Shown here in pieces: positions 26,450 to 41,289 of a stretch of DNA of 64,000 bases. The notes under the pieces are model-generated. The model made no database searches. It was given only the letters and a program-made list of their open reading frames with translations, and had not been told where the DNA came from. Each line of letters starts with the position of its first letter. Position 1 is the stretch's first letter. The stretch lies in NCBI RefSeq assembly GCF_009914755.1, contig NC_060942.1; one strand, 5' to 3'. Source of the DNA: the human T2T-CHM13v2.0 reference genome, Homo sapiens. The translations under genes and the position numbers were made by a program.

Positions 26450-29400
26450 ATAATTATGAAGGGAAAATTAGTGAAATACCTAATAGAATTTAGACCATTT
26501 TAACAAAACCCAAGATTACAAAAAATAAACTAAAATAAGCCAAATACAGAACTGAAAATAGGTAAATAGCTATAGAAATTGTAAAAAATAGAAGTGTGCT
26601 AATAAATTTGAACACCTAATTGAAATAGGTTTCAGAAACATGAAAGAGTGCAAGAAAATATACAGAGTTTAGATATATCAATAAGTACTGCAGAGGAAAA
26701 GATTTTAGTGTAAGAGTGTCCCTCAAAGACTCTCAAAAAAAAACCAGTTAATTCTTGTATTTTATGAGTTTTTCTAGAAAATAGAAAAAGTTAATTTCAC
26801 CTCATTTTTTTGAAGCTAGTGCAATCTTAATGGAAAAATTTATTAAAGACATTTAAATGTAAGAAAAAATTTAAGTTCATTCCCTTAACAAACTACATTA
26901 GAAATGACTACTGCAGGCTATTATCAACTGGAGGATTGTTGCTTTGAAGAACTACTAGACCTGTAGCAGAATGTGCAAAGTGAAAAGTGAATCTTACCAT
27001 TTGTATTGTGGTTTGGTTTATTACTAGATTACATCATGCATAAACTGACTACTACACATACTTAGATAAAAGACATATTAAATACATTATTATCTAAATG
27101 TATTTAACAGTTAAAAAAATTATGTCGGGATCTAGAAAAACTTTGCCTGAGGAATGAAAACGTGGTTCCATATTAGAAAAAGTATCAGTGCAGCTTATCA
27201 CGGGGACAGACTAAAGGAGAAATACCACATGATTATCTTAAATGATGCAAAAGAAAACCTAATTAGATCAAGGACGAGGTGAGGATGCATTTTATCACTG
27301 CTACAGGTTCACATTGTGCTGAAGTTCTTGCCAATACTATGAGGACATAAAGTGAAATAGGAGGGGGAAAATGTGGGGAGAAAAGACAGTCATCTCCTTA
27401 TTTTTAGATGACATTATCATCTATCTAGAAAAAGTGAGAGAATAAAAAGACCAACTAGGAAGCAATAAGATAATTTATAAGATTGCCAGTTACAAAATCA
27501 ACTTAATTTTAGTTCTCTACAATAACAAAAAACAGCTATTAAGTTATAATAAAAATATATCCATTGATAATACCCATAAAGCATCTGAAATTAATCATAG
27601 TTATTTGAAGAATAATTCTTTGGAGAAAATCTTAAAACTCTAATTTAGGATGTGATGGTTAATTTTATGTGTCAGCTTGGCTAGGCCATGGTTCTGAGAC
27701 ATTTGGTCAAACATTATTCTAAATGTTGCTATGAAGCTATTTTTTAGATGAGATTAACATTTAAATCTGTAGACTTTGAGTAAAGCAGGTTTATCTCTAT
27801 AGCGTGTGGGGGCCTCATTCAATCACTTGGAAGCATTAATAGAAAAAAGACTGATCTCTCTCAAAGAAGTTGAGATTCTGCCAGCAGATAGATGGCCTTT
27901 GGGCTTGAATGGTAACAACTCTTCCCTTGGTCTCCAACCTGCTGGCCTACTCTGTAGATTTCAGATTTGCCTCCACAACTATGTGAGCCAGTTCCTTAAA
28001 TTCAATCTCTCTCTCTCTACATTATATATTTACATGTATTTATATATCTGTAACATATATAGATATAAGTAGGAATATATCTATAAGTAGGAATATATCA
28101 TAGTATTTATAGATATTTATAGACACATAATAAATATATAAAAATATATATAATATATAAATAATACAAATATCAGTAAAATTGATATTCTTAAATTAAA
28201 ATTCTCTTCAAATTAATCTACATAGCAAAATCCAATTAACAATTCCAAATTGATTATTAAATAGCTTGATACATTAAAATTTTATGTTGAGTAACAAATA
28301 TTGAAGTAAAATGATAAAACGTCAAAAAAAATAATAATGAAGAATAAGAAAGACAAGGTAGTTGCTTTGTAGTTAATAAACTGTTCCATCAAGAATGTGG
28401 TAAAATAGTGGATGCTGTCTGAAGAATAGATAAATAGTCCAACAGATAAAATAGAAACAAAGATATTTGATTAAAGAAAACAGCACCACAAATTAATGGA
28501 TCAAGCAGATTTGTAAGTATGTGGTGGTGTAAAAAATAGCTCATGACATAGAGAAAAAAATAAAACTAGCAACACCTCTAACAAAGTTAGACTCTAGATA
28601 AAGACATAATTAAGATATATCATGATATAAAATTAATAGAAGAAAATGTGGAGACATAACTATGAGCTAACATAGGGTGTCAGATTGTCAAACCAGGTTC
28701 ACACAAATTAGTTCAAACTTTAATAATCCCAAGGATGTAGGCAATAAAGAGGCACAGTTGAGATGGAAAGAGCTCTGGGACTTCCCATGTGGCCTGCCAG
28801 GTCCTTCTTTTCATATCAGACAAGTAGTGGCCCAGAATAATAGGAGAGTTCTCCAAGTGGGGTATCATGGGTTATTACCTCACAAAGAGAGTAATACTGA
28901 AGTTATTTCCATTTTATAACCCAGAAACTTACAGACCTAATAATGACATTTTCCTGGGAGCTATTTTTCAAAACTGTGTGCATTCTGGGTTTGTGATAAG
29001 CAATCTGTAGTTAGGGATATCCTACTAAGAACATTAAAAATTATAAAGTATATTTTTTGAGCAAATATTGTTAATCAATTTACACAGCTGCCCCCCTTAC
29101 AAGTAGATTGGACATAGTCACCTGCTTTCTTTTCTTTCTCCTAGGGAGCTTTCCTCCTACAATGGAAGTGAATGAATCACAGGACAACTATTTTCTGTTT
29201 TCCAACCTAGGGATAGAGAAAGACACTACATAAAACTTCAAAACTACAAATCATAGAGTTAAAAAAAGGAACAAAAATAGATTACCTAACAGTAATGATT
29301 TTCTCCAACAAAGAACACATGGACTAAGCTAGCAGAAATGTGGTAAGAAAGAGAATGGAATTGGCTCATGTATCCATAGGTTCCACATCAGTGTATTCAA

Positions 29401-30250
29401 CTGAATGGGGATCAAAAATATATTTTTTTAAATTATGTCATCACTATGACAGAGGGAAAAAAGCCTGGGTCCAAATGTGCACTGTCACTTAAATTTCCTA
29501 CCTGCAAGTGAGACATATTATTTCTGCTCATATTTCATTAGTCAAAGTAAACAACACAGTTACAAATAAGTGTAGTAGAGAGGAGAAGTGAAATCTTACC
29601 CTATGCTTTGATGTTAAAGTAAATATTTATGAACAACCCTAATGACTATGCCTACATAACAAACAAACTAAAAATTATGAAACATAGAAAAATATACAAA
29701 TTAGTGAGTAAAGAAATACAAATAAAACAAAAAATGAGATATTGCTATACACCTATTGATTAGAAAGTATTAGAAAATTAGACAATGCCAAGTTCTGACA
29801 ATCATGTGAAAATATAAACATTTTCATGTACTAGCGATGGCTGTATTCACTGATGTAACCATCCCATCCTGGGAAACGCTATGGCAATACTTGGCATAAT
29901 TTGTATACCTGAACCTCACATGCTCCACCAGTCCCGTTCCTGGGAAATGTTCTCACAGATGCACGGTTATGCTTTGAGAACACTCAGTCTGATATTATTT
30001 GTGATGGTGAAACTTTCAGGCAAATGGTGCCTATTACTAGGCAAGTGGGAGGATGAGTAAAATGCATGAATTATGTTATTGAATATGATGCAACAGTTAG
30101 AATCAGAGATTATGTGATGATTTTAGAAACTTATTGCTTACTGAAAAAAGGGACATACAAGTACTGTAAGTTAGAAAATATGTATACTAAAATGACAATA
30201 CACATTTTGATAGACTAATTCAAATGAAAATATATACATTGAATATATTT
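26450..30250 (+). mobile_element. Very old sense-strand L1 fragments, interrupted by MLT2 and other remnants
   Basis: A-rich L1 ORF2-like motifs (accacatgattatcttaaatgatgcaaaa; ttagatgacattatcatctatctagaaaa, the RT ADD-motif region). Confidence 0.6.
27651..28020 (+). mobile_element. MLT2 (C/D-like) ERVL LTR
   Basis: tgtgatggttaattttatgtgtcagcttggctaggccat start; followed by CT/TA-rich tail. Confidence 0.85.
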
Positions 30251-31209
30251 GAAAGGAAAAAATAAGTAATCAAACCAATCTAACACCACCACCACCACAA
30301 GAGAGGGTTTGCATAAGCCAATGAGTACAATGTGCTATCAACCATTTGAATCTGAAGAAATGCTACTACTACCACTAAGCCTGTTTCGCTGCAGTTTGAA
30401 ATGCCCTAATGTTTTTTTTTAAAAAATTTACTCTAGAAACTCTTAAAAGAGTAAAGAAAATAGCACAATATCCTCACCTGACACCTCACCAGCTTCAACA
30501 CATATGAATATTTTGCCAATCATGTTTCTCTAGAATGCTTTTTTATTCCTAAAATATTCTAAAGAAAATCCCAAATATGTAATTTCAGTGCATAGACTGT
30601 TTTACCTGTTTATACATTTTCTGACCCACTGTGGATGCTCAGTATTGCGGCTATTGTTATTATCGCCCTTCAAGTTTTAGCTTGCATGATGCCTTTGTGA
30701 AACTTTTTGATACATTCCATCTGTAGGGATTCAGTCTGACACACCATTATCTCTCCAGTTCCTGGTAGTGTTATAAAAACTCTGTCAATATACGATGAGC
30801 TTTTTAGTTTATTCATCTATTCACTCTGTATAAAACTACTAAGCAAATTCAGGATTGATCAGTTCTTAACATTCAGATAAAGCAGAAGTAGCTTCAGTTA
30901 TAATCTTCACGGGGTTTCCTTTTCCACATACCATAAAATATAAAATCCAAGAACATTGCATAAATTTCTCTGTTTATTTAATTATTGTCATTAGTGTCAC
31001 ATTATTGTGGTTATATTACACTTTTTCTAAGGAAATGGAGTCACCACTTTTAATACACATCTAAATACATTTAGTCATGTCATTTTTGTTGCTACCTCCA
31101 CTCCCACTGGTCTAAGCTACATCAAATTTTGAAGATCATAGATAAGTTTGCATTTTTTTTCAGTTGGAGGCTAAGCTTTCTCCCCCACCATCACACCCCC
31201 ATACTTATA

Positions 31210-32750
31210 TTGTCAATCTACGATATTGTTCTACAAGTGAGTTTCTTGTAGTTAGGTCATAGTTTTATTATCAATCCTGTCAATCTCTGCTTTTAAATTG
31301 GTATATTTAGACCAGTTATACTTAAAGTCATTATTGCTGTGTTGGGGCTAAATCCTTCCATTTTGTTTGTTTTCTGTTTGTTTTGAGTTCAATTCCTCCC
31401 TTTCTCTCTTTTTTTTTTCCTTGTGGGTTACTCAAACATTTCTTACAGTTCCATTTTATTATCTATGTTCTTTGGTAACTTTGTGTATTTTCTAATTCTG
31501 GTTACTCTAGGTATTACAATATAATATACATACACAACCTATCACAGACTACTGGAACTGACACTCTAACACTTTGAGTGAAGGTTAGAAATCTGTCTTC
31601 CATTTAGGCCCCTTTACACTCTCCATTTTGAAAATATAAATGTTTTGAAATACTTTTTTCTATATACATTGAACACCACATCAGCTAATATTACCATTTT
31701 TGCTAGTTGATATTAAAAACTCATGAGGGGAAGGACAGTTCATTTTTTTTGGATCTAACTTTACCCATTCCATTGTTCCTTCTTCCTTCCTCAATCTCAG
31801 CCTCTTTCCATTGGCATTTCCTTTTAGTTCAGATAACTTGTTAGACGTTCTTGAAGGTATGTTTGCTAGCAACAAATTTTCTTAGTTTTGTTTCATGGGA
31901 GAACGTCTTTCTTTTCCCCGTTTCTGAAGGTTGTTTTTCCAGGAATCTTCTGATACAGAACTCAGAATTGACAGTTCTTTTTTTTTCAGCATTTGAGAAT
32001 GGCTTTCATGGTTTCAGATGGATTGTTATCAAATATTGTTTTCATATAGATAATTTGTTATTTCTCTCTGGCCTCTTTCAAGATTTTTTCTTTAGTTTTC
32101 AGAAGGTTGGTTGTGATGCGTCTTGAAGTAGATTTCTTTGGATTTATTCTGTTTGGAGTTCATTCAGCTTCTTGAAATTGTAACTCCATTGAGATTGTAA
32201 TTCCTAATTCCGCTGCTAAATTTGCCAAATTAGCTATTATGCCCTTGAATACTATTTTCAGCACAATTTTCTCTTCTTTTGGGACTTCAGTGAAACAAAT
32301 GTTAGATTTGTTTTTTGTCCCCCATGTCTGTCCTTGAGGCTCTGTTCATTTATTTTTATTTTCTCACTCTTGTTCAGATTGAAATAATACCTGTTGATCT
32401 GTCTTCGAGTTCATTCCTTCCTCTGTCAACTTCAATTTACTACTGAACACAACCAGTGAGGTTTTAATTTTGGTTATTTTGTTTTTAAATTACTTAATTT
32501 CCTTTTGCTTTTTTATATATTTGATTTATTTGCTGAGATTTTCTATTTTTAAATTGTGTTTCTAGATTGTTTATAATTGTACAGTATTGTAAAGATGTCA
32601 AGTGATTTCACTATATTAGTTACATTAGTGTTGGTGCCCGTTGATTGTATTTTCTCATTTAATTTGTGGTTGTCCTGGTTCCTAGTGTAAGCAGTGACAT
32701 TTTATTGTACTGTGGATATTTTGGGTATTATGTATCTGAATGTAATCTCC
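31210..32750 (-). mobile_element. Old L1M fragment (ORF1 to ORF2-start region)
   Basis: Antisense L1M motifs (aaattggtatatttagacca, ttggagttcattcagcttcttga, tccttgaggctctgttcattt). Confidence 0.65.
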
Positions 32751-33429
32751 ATTTTTAGCAAGAAGTCTCTGTGTTTAGCTGTAATATACCAGTATGAGAA
32801 GGGGGCGGTGAATGTTCAGCTTCCTTCTAGGCCTCATTGACACCACCCTGGGAAAAGCGGACTGCTGTCTCTCACCACCTCACTGCAGTTCGGTGGAGTA
32901 TAAGCTTAGCTCCCCTCTGGGGTCCACAGGCAGGAAAATAGGAGAAGCAGAGGCAAACTCACATTGCCTTGCCCCACTTCTCATCTGAGATATGTAGGAA
33001 AAAAAAATGGAAAATCCTGGGAACCCATCACTGTGTCATTCTTCAAGTCCCAATGTCCTTAGGCGGTCCACTTTCTTAGTATATCTGTTAGAATTTTTCT
33101 ATGGTTGTGTCTTGTGTTATATTCAGGGATTTTTTTTTTTTTTTTTTTTTTTTAGTTATAAGAAAGAGGACCTGGGAGGAATAGGGCTGTTCTATCTTGG
33201 CTAGCACTGTAAGTCCATTTAAGATTGCCTCCCCACCTCCCAACGCAAAGGTTTTTGTCAGTTTCTTACAACCTCCTTATTCTACCTGTCTCTCCTCATC
33301 CTACCTGTCATTATCTCACTATTATTTTTCAATTTCTTCCCTAATGTTTTCTATAGTTACATTAATTCAGTTATTTGCTAATTATACCATAATTGTTATA
33401 AAGTACTAAGATAATTTTATATTAAGATT

Positions 33430-33860
33430 ATCAGTCTTATTTAGATGCAGAGAAACTCAAATTTGAGGGTCATGTGGAAAAATAAGTTATAATCTCTGGG
33501 TGGGGGGTAGGGAATTGATTAAAATAATTGAAATGTCTACAGGTAAGAGATGGTATGAAAGACAGTCAATGAAGGATGGTCCGGGTTTTAAGGGAAGCAT
33601 GTTCTATGTGGTGATTTCAGTATGATAAAAAGTGTGTAGAGAATGTGAATACCTCTTCAGACAATAGCAAGAATTCCACTCTGGCTGAGAAGAAATATTC
33701 ATGTAGCTGAACAAGAGATGATTAAAAGTTTGATTATATGGTGGACGATCTTTAATGTTTGCAGAAGACTTTAGACTTAATTTAGTAGGCAGTGGGGAGT
33801 CATCAAACATTTTCATCATTGGGGAAGGTGATTAGAATCTGACACTGGTGTGCTAATGCA
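33430..33860 (-). mobile_element. L2 fragment
   Basis: gactttagacttaatttagtaggcagtggggagtcatc is typical antisense L2. Confidence 0.5.
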
Positions 33861-34660
33861 ATCTACTATCTATATAAATAATAATCCCTCAGGTCTTTCA
33901 TAGAGATTGCTTTCATTAAATTCCATATAGATTTGAGGATAAAGATGATTTTACTATTAAAAACTTGCTTTAAGATAAGAATGTAACCTTCCTCCTCGAA
34001 TTCAACTCTTTAATTATTGTACTCTAGCAGTTAGCACACATTTTTTTCATATACTGGAATGTGTTTTTTTAAAAAATAAGTACTATATGACTTAGGGAAC
34101 AGAAATGACATCTAACTTACAGAATATCTCTCAGTAAAACATGATTATCAATCAGAGAAGTAAAATTCTAGCTGATGATTTTTGTTTTCAGTCTTCATTA
34201 TCTTGCTTAGTTCAGTATTCCTTAGAGTTGCCACCTATCCCATTTCTGGGGAGATACTCAAGGCCATTGCACAGTGGACTAAAACAATTCAAGTTTTCCT
34301 TTCCATTGAAGATGATTTCTTACCGTCACCAAGAAAAGACCAAATTGTGTTGAAATATATCTGTTTTATTACTCTAAATAGTTAAAAACTCTCTTTTACC
34401 CAATACACATGATATAGGGAATATAAAAGGAATGGAGTTTTTTTTTTTTTTTGGTAACCTGAATAGGACACAGAATTACCTAGATAATGGATGAATATTT
34501 CCTTTCTATATGTGCATAACTGAGCACATGCATAATGAACCATTTGTGTAAGTCCTCTCATTGGTAGGATCTAAACTTGATAACAATGGGGTCTGTAAAA
34601 TGCAATTTGCAGTCTTCCTGTTCTTGCCATTTATGGGCACAGTAGAGAACAGAGATGCTA

Positions 34661-35020
<360 letters not shown>

Positions 35021-35719
35021 TTAAGATAATTAAAATTTCACTATCAAAAATTTATTTTTTTCATTTAAAAAATTCAGATTTTCCCCAAAGCAACAAATTA
35101 ACATAGGACATACTGTTCTGTGTGTTTTACATTTAATGGTTAAAATGAAATTAAAAGGTCATGTAATTAGTTAGAAAGGATGTTAAATGCACGTAGCACG
35201 GTGCGGCACGCAAGTGCTGGCTTCGAAGACAGGCAACGTTTCTAATACTAGCCCTGGTAATTCTTAGCTGTGACTTTTCTCCTATCATTTACTTTCTCCT
35301 GTGATGAATATTAGCTAGAAATAAAGGTAGACTAATTCATTCTTTACACTATCTTAAGAACAGTAGGAGAAATTTGGAACAAACTAGTTGGACAGTCAAA
35401 AGCCTAAGGATCTTTGATATATTAAAGTTTCAAAAATCCTAATTATTTTCCTTAAAGTAGAAAAGAAAGCCAAAGTTTAGTAAAGTAATGATTGATTTAG
35501 TTAAATAATTATTAGATTTAGTGATAAATATACTGGTATACCTGCATGTCTACATCTCTATTAAATCTACTCTAAAACCCATGTATGCCTTACCACATTT
35601 ATTATAGATTGTGGTTAAATAATTCATACTGAGTTGAGAAACATTATATTTTACAGAAAATGCATAATCTATTCTACTCATGGGAGCAGTTAAAATGTAA
35701 GTTAGAGTAAGTTATGTCT

Positions 35720-37125
35720 TCATGCAATACCCTCTTAAAGCTTCATACCTCACTTTAAGTAAAAACCAAAGTCCTGACAATAACTTATACATAAGAAAGC
35801 CATTCAGATCTATTTTCCTAGGACAGTCCAAGTTAGTGCCTGCAACCTCTGTGTAATTATTAATAGCACCCCCTTACATCCTTTCATGAGTCCTGTTCAA
35901 ACGGTAAGTAATGGCCACCTTATTTATGAGGCACTCCATAATCTGACCCCTATAACCTCTCAGATCTCAGCTCCCACTACCCCACGCCTGCTTCTTCTCC
36001 AGAAACACAAGCTCTGTTCCTCACACAGATGAGGCCCAGGCCCACCTCCAGGCCTCTGCCCTTGCAGTTACCCCTGTCCGGAATGCCTTTCCTTCTAAAT
36101 CCGCACAGCTTACTTCCTCACTTCTTTCAGGTTTACTCAGTCGGATCTCCTTGTCCATCATATCAGTCACAGTCTACTCAAAACAGAAAGCTCATGCCAG
36201 GTTTTTAAAGAGATAATTTAATAGAAAAAGTGTTATATGGGTATAAAGACTTGTTAACTAAGTGACTGCAAAAGGCTCCATGAAAACACGAAAGTATCAC
36301 GGAGGTAACAGCTGCCATCCCTGGTGCTGGGGAATGAAAGGGAAAAGGCTGGGATTAAAATTTATGAGCTTGGAGGCTGAGCCTCACAAAGCTTGGTCCC
36401 AGATGGCTGAAGAGAGGGGCTGCTTATCTGGTGTTGGTGTCTCTGAGCTTAGAGAAAGGAACCTATTTGCCTATGGCTAGGGAACCTCTTCTGAGGAAGA
36501 GCTACTAGCAACTGGTAAAAGCATTTTACTGGGGATACGAGGATCTGATAAGGCTGTTTCTGCAAGTGTTGAGAAACAAAACAAAACAAAACAAAACATC
36601 TGGGTACAACTGCTTCAACTGCAATGCCCCACTTCTGCTGGGGTAAAGTGATGCTAGGGAGACAGTGGCAGAAGCAGGAAACATACAGGAAGCAAACAGG
36701 AAGTAGAAAGACCCTTCGTCCTCCTCCTATTTCATAGTTTCCTTCTAGCGCTCTGTATTGGAAGGGCCTTACAAGAAGACTTCTAGCAAAGCCGAAATGT
36801 GGTTTGCAAAGTTCCAGCGTCAGCATCATCAAGAGCCATACAGAAGGATGAGTGAAACTGAGCCACTGTTTAATACTTGTCATACCCATCCTCGCTAAAA
36901 TTTCAATCCCTTCCTACATTTTCTATTTCCTGTTCGGCTTTATTTTGCTCCTTAGTGCTTCTCGCTTAAGTACTAGATATTTTCCTTATTTTCAGTGTTT
37001 ATCATCCATCTGCCTAATTAAAATATAAGCCTAATGATAACAGGAATTTTTGTATGTTTTCTTTACTGCTTTGTTGAACCTAAAAAAAAGTTCCTGGCAC
37101 AAAAGAGGTCCTTAATAAATGTTTC
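35720..37125 (+). mobile_element. L2a 3' region, interrupted by a MER94-like element (~35795-35921) and an LTR78-like LTR (~36160-36870, - strand)
   Basis: L2 end cctggcacaaaagaggtccttaataaatgtttctgaat; MER94-like gtaattattaatagcaccccc; LTR78-like gaaatgtggtttgca. Confidence 0.6.
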
Positions 37126-37139
37126 TGAATATTAATATT

Positions 37140-37350
37140 CATAATAAACATTTATGTAGTAGGTATTATGTTCAAGGTTCTAGTCTATGTACTTAACATA
37201 TATTTAGCTCCCAAATATAATTATGTGCTAACCTATTATTATTCTTATCTCATAGATAAGCAAAGTGATGCATAAAAACGTTAAGCAGCTTACCTTAGGT
37301 CACATAACTAGTAAGTTGTAAAGCCAGTCAGCCTGCATCTGACTCATCAT
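37140..37350 (-). mobile_element. MIR
   Basis: gttaagcagcttaccttaggtcacataactagtaag MIR core. Confidence 0.6.
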
Positions 37351-39656
37351 GTTAAATTGAAAATACAAATGAAAATACTAAATACACTCCTTCAATTACC
37401 CATAATTCATGACATGGAACTATAATGTCCAAAAGCATTACCTTATGGCAGCTATGTGAACAAGCTTAATGATTAAGAAACAATATTGTTATTGGACTAT
37501 GTTTAAAGTTCTAATCTTAAAATGAAGGGTAAATACAATTGGCAACGGTGTACCCTTTGAAAGAGATTTCTGACTTTAATGAAAGCAAATGTCTCTGGGC
37601 TTAAATAACATTTCTAGAGTCAAAATTTCTTTGGAACTAAGCCTTTGCTTAGTTCAGTAAAACAAGCATTCAACCAACAATAGTAGTGCCTTCATTACTG
37701 TGATGTCAAATTGTTTGCATTATTAGCTCAGACTGCTCAGTATGGTGCACAAAAAACTTCTTATGACCCAAACATCTATTTTTCTTGTGATTAATATTTT
37801 ATTAAGCATTAATAAATACAAAAAAGAGTGCCTAAAAAGAATATAATGACATTCATCTTCACAGTCACAGAGGGAGATAATCTTTCTTGATACACAGCAT
37901 ATATACACTACTGTAATATTTATATTGGAGTTTTTCTCTCAAATTTTAAAACTGAATGAGAACAAAAAATTATGTAAAAATGTAGTGCATTTCATTAACA
38001 AAATGGAGAAAATAATTCCGTTTCAAATGACCTGAAATCCTTTAACACCATTCTGATATGTTTCTTTTTCCTTAAAATGAGGACTTGGGTTGTCTTTATG
38101 GCTGTGTCTATAATCACATGAACCGAGCAGAGCTGTATTGGAGTCCTAGTTGTGCATGTGGGTAGGAAAGGCCCAGACCTAGAGGGTCCCCCTCCACCTC
38201 ACGCCACAACCCAGGACTCTGGTGCTCTCCTTGGAACACACAACTTCTCCAATATCTTTATTTACATTTGTACATCATCGTGGAATTTTTCCAAGCTATG
38301 GAAGTTTGTATAATTTGTATCAAGTTTAGGATTTTCAAAATCACAGATACTAGTGGCCCTTTTAGTAAGAATAGCCCCCATTTATTGTGAAAAATGTACT
38401 TCAATTAGTGCGCATATTTCACATTTCAACTTCACAACAAATCTTTGAAGTAAGTGTTCAGATCTTTGTTTTAGAAAACAATGTATGGGTTTATAAGAAT
38501 TAAATAAGGAACCAAGATCATCAAGATAGTTGTTAGTAGAGCATGTGTAAGCAGATGTTCCCCGGCTTACCCTCTATGGTTAAGTAGAGAACCCAAAGAC
38601 AGAAGAGAGAAGCAGAGAGAAATTAAATGGAGGTGTTTAATTTACAATTCTATGTTCTTTAATGGCCTCTTATTATTGGTTTTCTACTAAAATGCTTAAT
38701 ATTATTAATACCAATACTTCTTTTGTAGATTGGGATTATTCTGTATCATAGGTAAAGGATAAGCAAACTACAGGGCAGAGGAAGTGGATGGAGTTATTTT
38801 TACGGCCTCTGCTGGGATACTTCTGAGGGGCAGTCAGCATAGGTAAACATGCGCTCATTTCTCCTGTGTCCTCTGCCAGTGCTCCAGAAATGCGGATGAG
38901 TCTTACCATCCGCCTTCAGAAAGTGAATGGTACTTCCACTTTCCCAATACATTCTCACACCGTGGCTTTAATAATTGGGCTCCTCATGACGAATGTGCTG
39001 TGCAGCATTACACCCGTGTGGGTGCAACATCCAGGTGGAGATGAACATTCCTTGTGGGAGTCCCTTGTCTACTTTGCATATTTGGAGCAACACGATCTAG
39101 TCTGAAGTAACTGGCGTCTGGTAATGAACATACCAGGAGAGAAGGGTCGGGGAGGAAGAGAGAGGAAAAAGAAAGGCATTTTAAAACTCACATTGTAAGG
39201 ATAAAATAATTTACAGAGTTGAACTCACTGGAATACTCTTGAAAATTTAGTTCATGGTGAGCATAGGCTTAAGCATTCTCAGTCATCAGCTTCCCACGTC
39301 CACTTTGAGTTCCTCCTCACCAAGAACCTGGGGCTAACACTTCATCAGTTAAGTGAGTCTCTGTTTTGGTTTAAGTTAGGAGCTTTCTACTTTGAGAATC
39401 TTCTCAGGTCTGCTGACATTCTTTTCTTTGTCCTGTGACTGTCTGTGCTGGGACTGAATGATTTTTCACTTGAGTCCAGTCATTATTGAGTTCTCTGTGT
39501 TCGGTGTGAACCTGTTCAAAACTCATTTTAAGTACATTGGACTTTGGTTCTCTCCAAAATGTTGAATAACAGGCTGGTAGCTTGTTTTATTACTTAAACG
39601 TAGAGAGGACAGTCCTGTTGCTTTACCTTCAGCTCTGTCTCTATCCCAAGTTTGCT

Positions 39657-39658
<2 letters not shown>

Positions 39659-39704
<46 letters not shown>
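39659..39704. repeat. (TG)23 microsatellite
   Basis: Read directly from the sequence. Confidence 0.98.
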
Positions 39705-39706
<2 letters not shown>

Positions 39707-40389
39707 CTCTACTAATTTGTGAGCTCTCTTGGCTAGACTTTACATGATAGCTTATTTTGCCCTTTCCCTCTTGTAAAGATGATTCATAAGTAATGAACCT
39801 GAACTGAAGAGATGCCCCACTGTACAAAGTCACGACTTATTTCATAAAATTTCATTACAGTCCTTTGGAATCAATGTCCTAAGGAGCAGCTGTATGCTCA
39901 CTCAAGACAATTAAGCAATGTAATTTATTTTTCTTACAATTCTGTGTTTTAGGAAGAACTTCAAGTAGAATTTTAAAATTCCTAAACAGGGCGTTTTAAA
40001 TAAAGTCTTTTCTTAAGTAAAGTAAATTTAAATGAACTTAATTCTGACTGGGATATTACAAAAAAAAAAAAAACCCAAAAACATTTTAAAAAATTTCAGT
40101 TACTTTATTTCATTCCGTTTCCATAATATCTAGAGTAATTCTTGATATATGGATTCTAGAAATTATTGTAAATGCTTTCCTCCTTTTTTCAGAAGTAGAT
40201 GAATGGAAGTTTTGTGTTTAGGAATTATAGTTTCTGTTAATGACTATCTGTGGGCACTTATTGTCTCTCAGCATCAGGTTTCTCCTCTGTACAATGAGGT
40301 GGTAAGGCAGAGTTTATGATTCATTTCATGTCAATATACTTTTTCTTTAAGAAAGGAATTTGTAGAGAGTCTTAGAAGTTATAATGGTT

Positions 40390-40694
40390 GGCCGGGCATG
40401 GTGGCTTACACCTGTAATCCTAGCACTTTGGGTGGATGAGGTAGGCAGATCACTTGAGGTCAGGAGTTCGAAACCAGCCTGGCCAACATGGTGAAACCCT
40501 GTCTCTACTAAAAATACAAAAAATTAGCTGGGCGTGGTGGTGGACACTTATAACCCCAGCTACTCAGGAGGCTGAGGCAGGAGAATCACTTGAATCCAGG
40601 AGGCAGAGGTTGCAGTGAACCGAGATTGTGCCAATGCACTCCAGCCTGTGTGACAGAGCGAGACTCCATCTAGAAAAAAAAAAGAAAAGAAAAA
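40390..40694 (+). mobile_element. AluS (Sx/Sz)
   Basis: Full dimer; TSD ~aagttataatggtt / aagtaataatggtt. Confidence 0.95.
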
Positions 40695-40743
40695 GTAATA
40701 ATGGTTTAATTAATTTTAATCTTAATGAATTTCTTTTGAAGTA

Positions 40744-41289
40744 CAGATATTCCTTGACTGACAATAGGGTTATGTCCCCATGAACCCATTGTAAGTTAGA
40801 ACTATCTTAAGTTGAAATTTTATTTAATAGCCTGATGAGGCCGGGCGCGGTGGCTCACGCCTGTAATCCCAGCACTTTGGGAGGCCGAGGCGGGCGGATC
40901 ACGAGGTCAGGAGATCGAGACCATCCTGGCTAACACGGTGAAACCCCGTCTCTACTAAAAATACAAAAAATTAGCCGGGCGAGGTGGCGGGCGCCTGTAG
41001 TCCCAGCTACTTGGGAGGCTGAGGCAGGAGAATGGCGTGAACCCCAGGGGGCGGAGCCTGCAGTGAGCCGAGATTGCGCCACTGCACTCCAGCCTGGGCG
41101 ACAGCGAGACTCCGTCTCAAAAAAAAAAAAAAAAAAATAGCCTGATGAGCCCATTTTGACATCCAAATATGGTAAGTCAAAGTATCCTAAATGTAGATGT
41201 TCCTTAACTTACGATGGGGTTACATTGGAAAAACTCGTTGCAAAGTTGAAAAATTGTAAGTTGAATTATTTTAAGTAGGGGACCATCTG
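40744..41289 (+). mobile_element. MER47/Tigger5-type MITE, split by AluY
   Basis: TA|cagat...atctg|TA termini; acttacgatggggttaca. Confidence 0.75.
40839..41137 (+). mobile_element. Young AluY, Ye5-like
   Basis: Nearly all CpGs intact; gcgaggtgg, aaccccaggggggcggagcctgcag, gacagcgagac; TSD aatagcctgatga. Confidence 0.9.

Noticed and set aside
36449-36889. 146-aa minus-strand ORF
   Set aside because: It lies inside an old LTR78-like element and has no recognisable domain.
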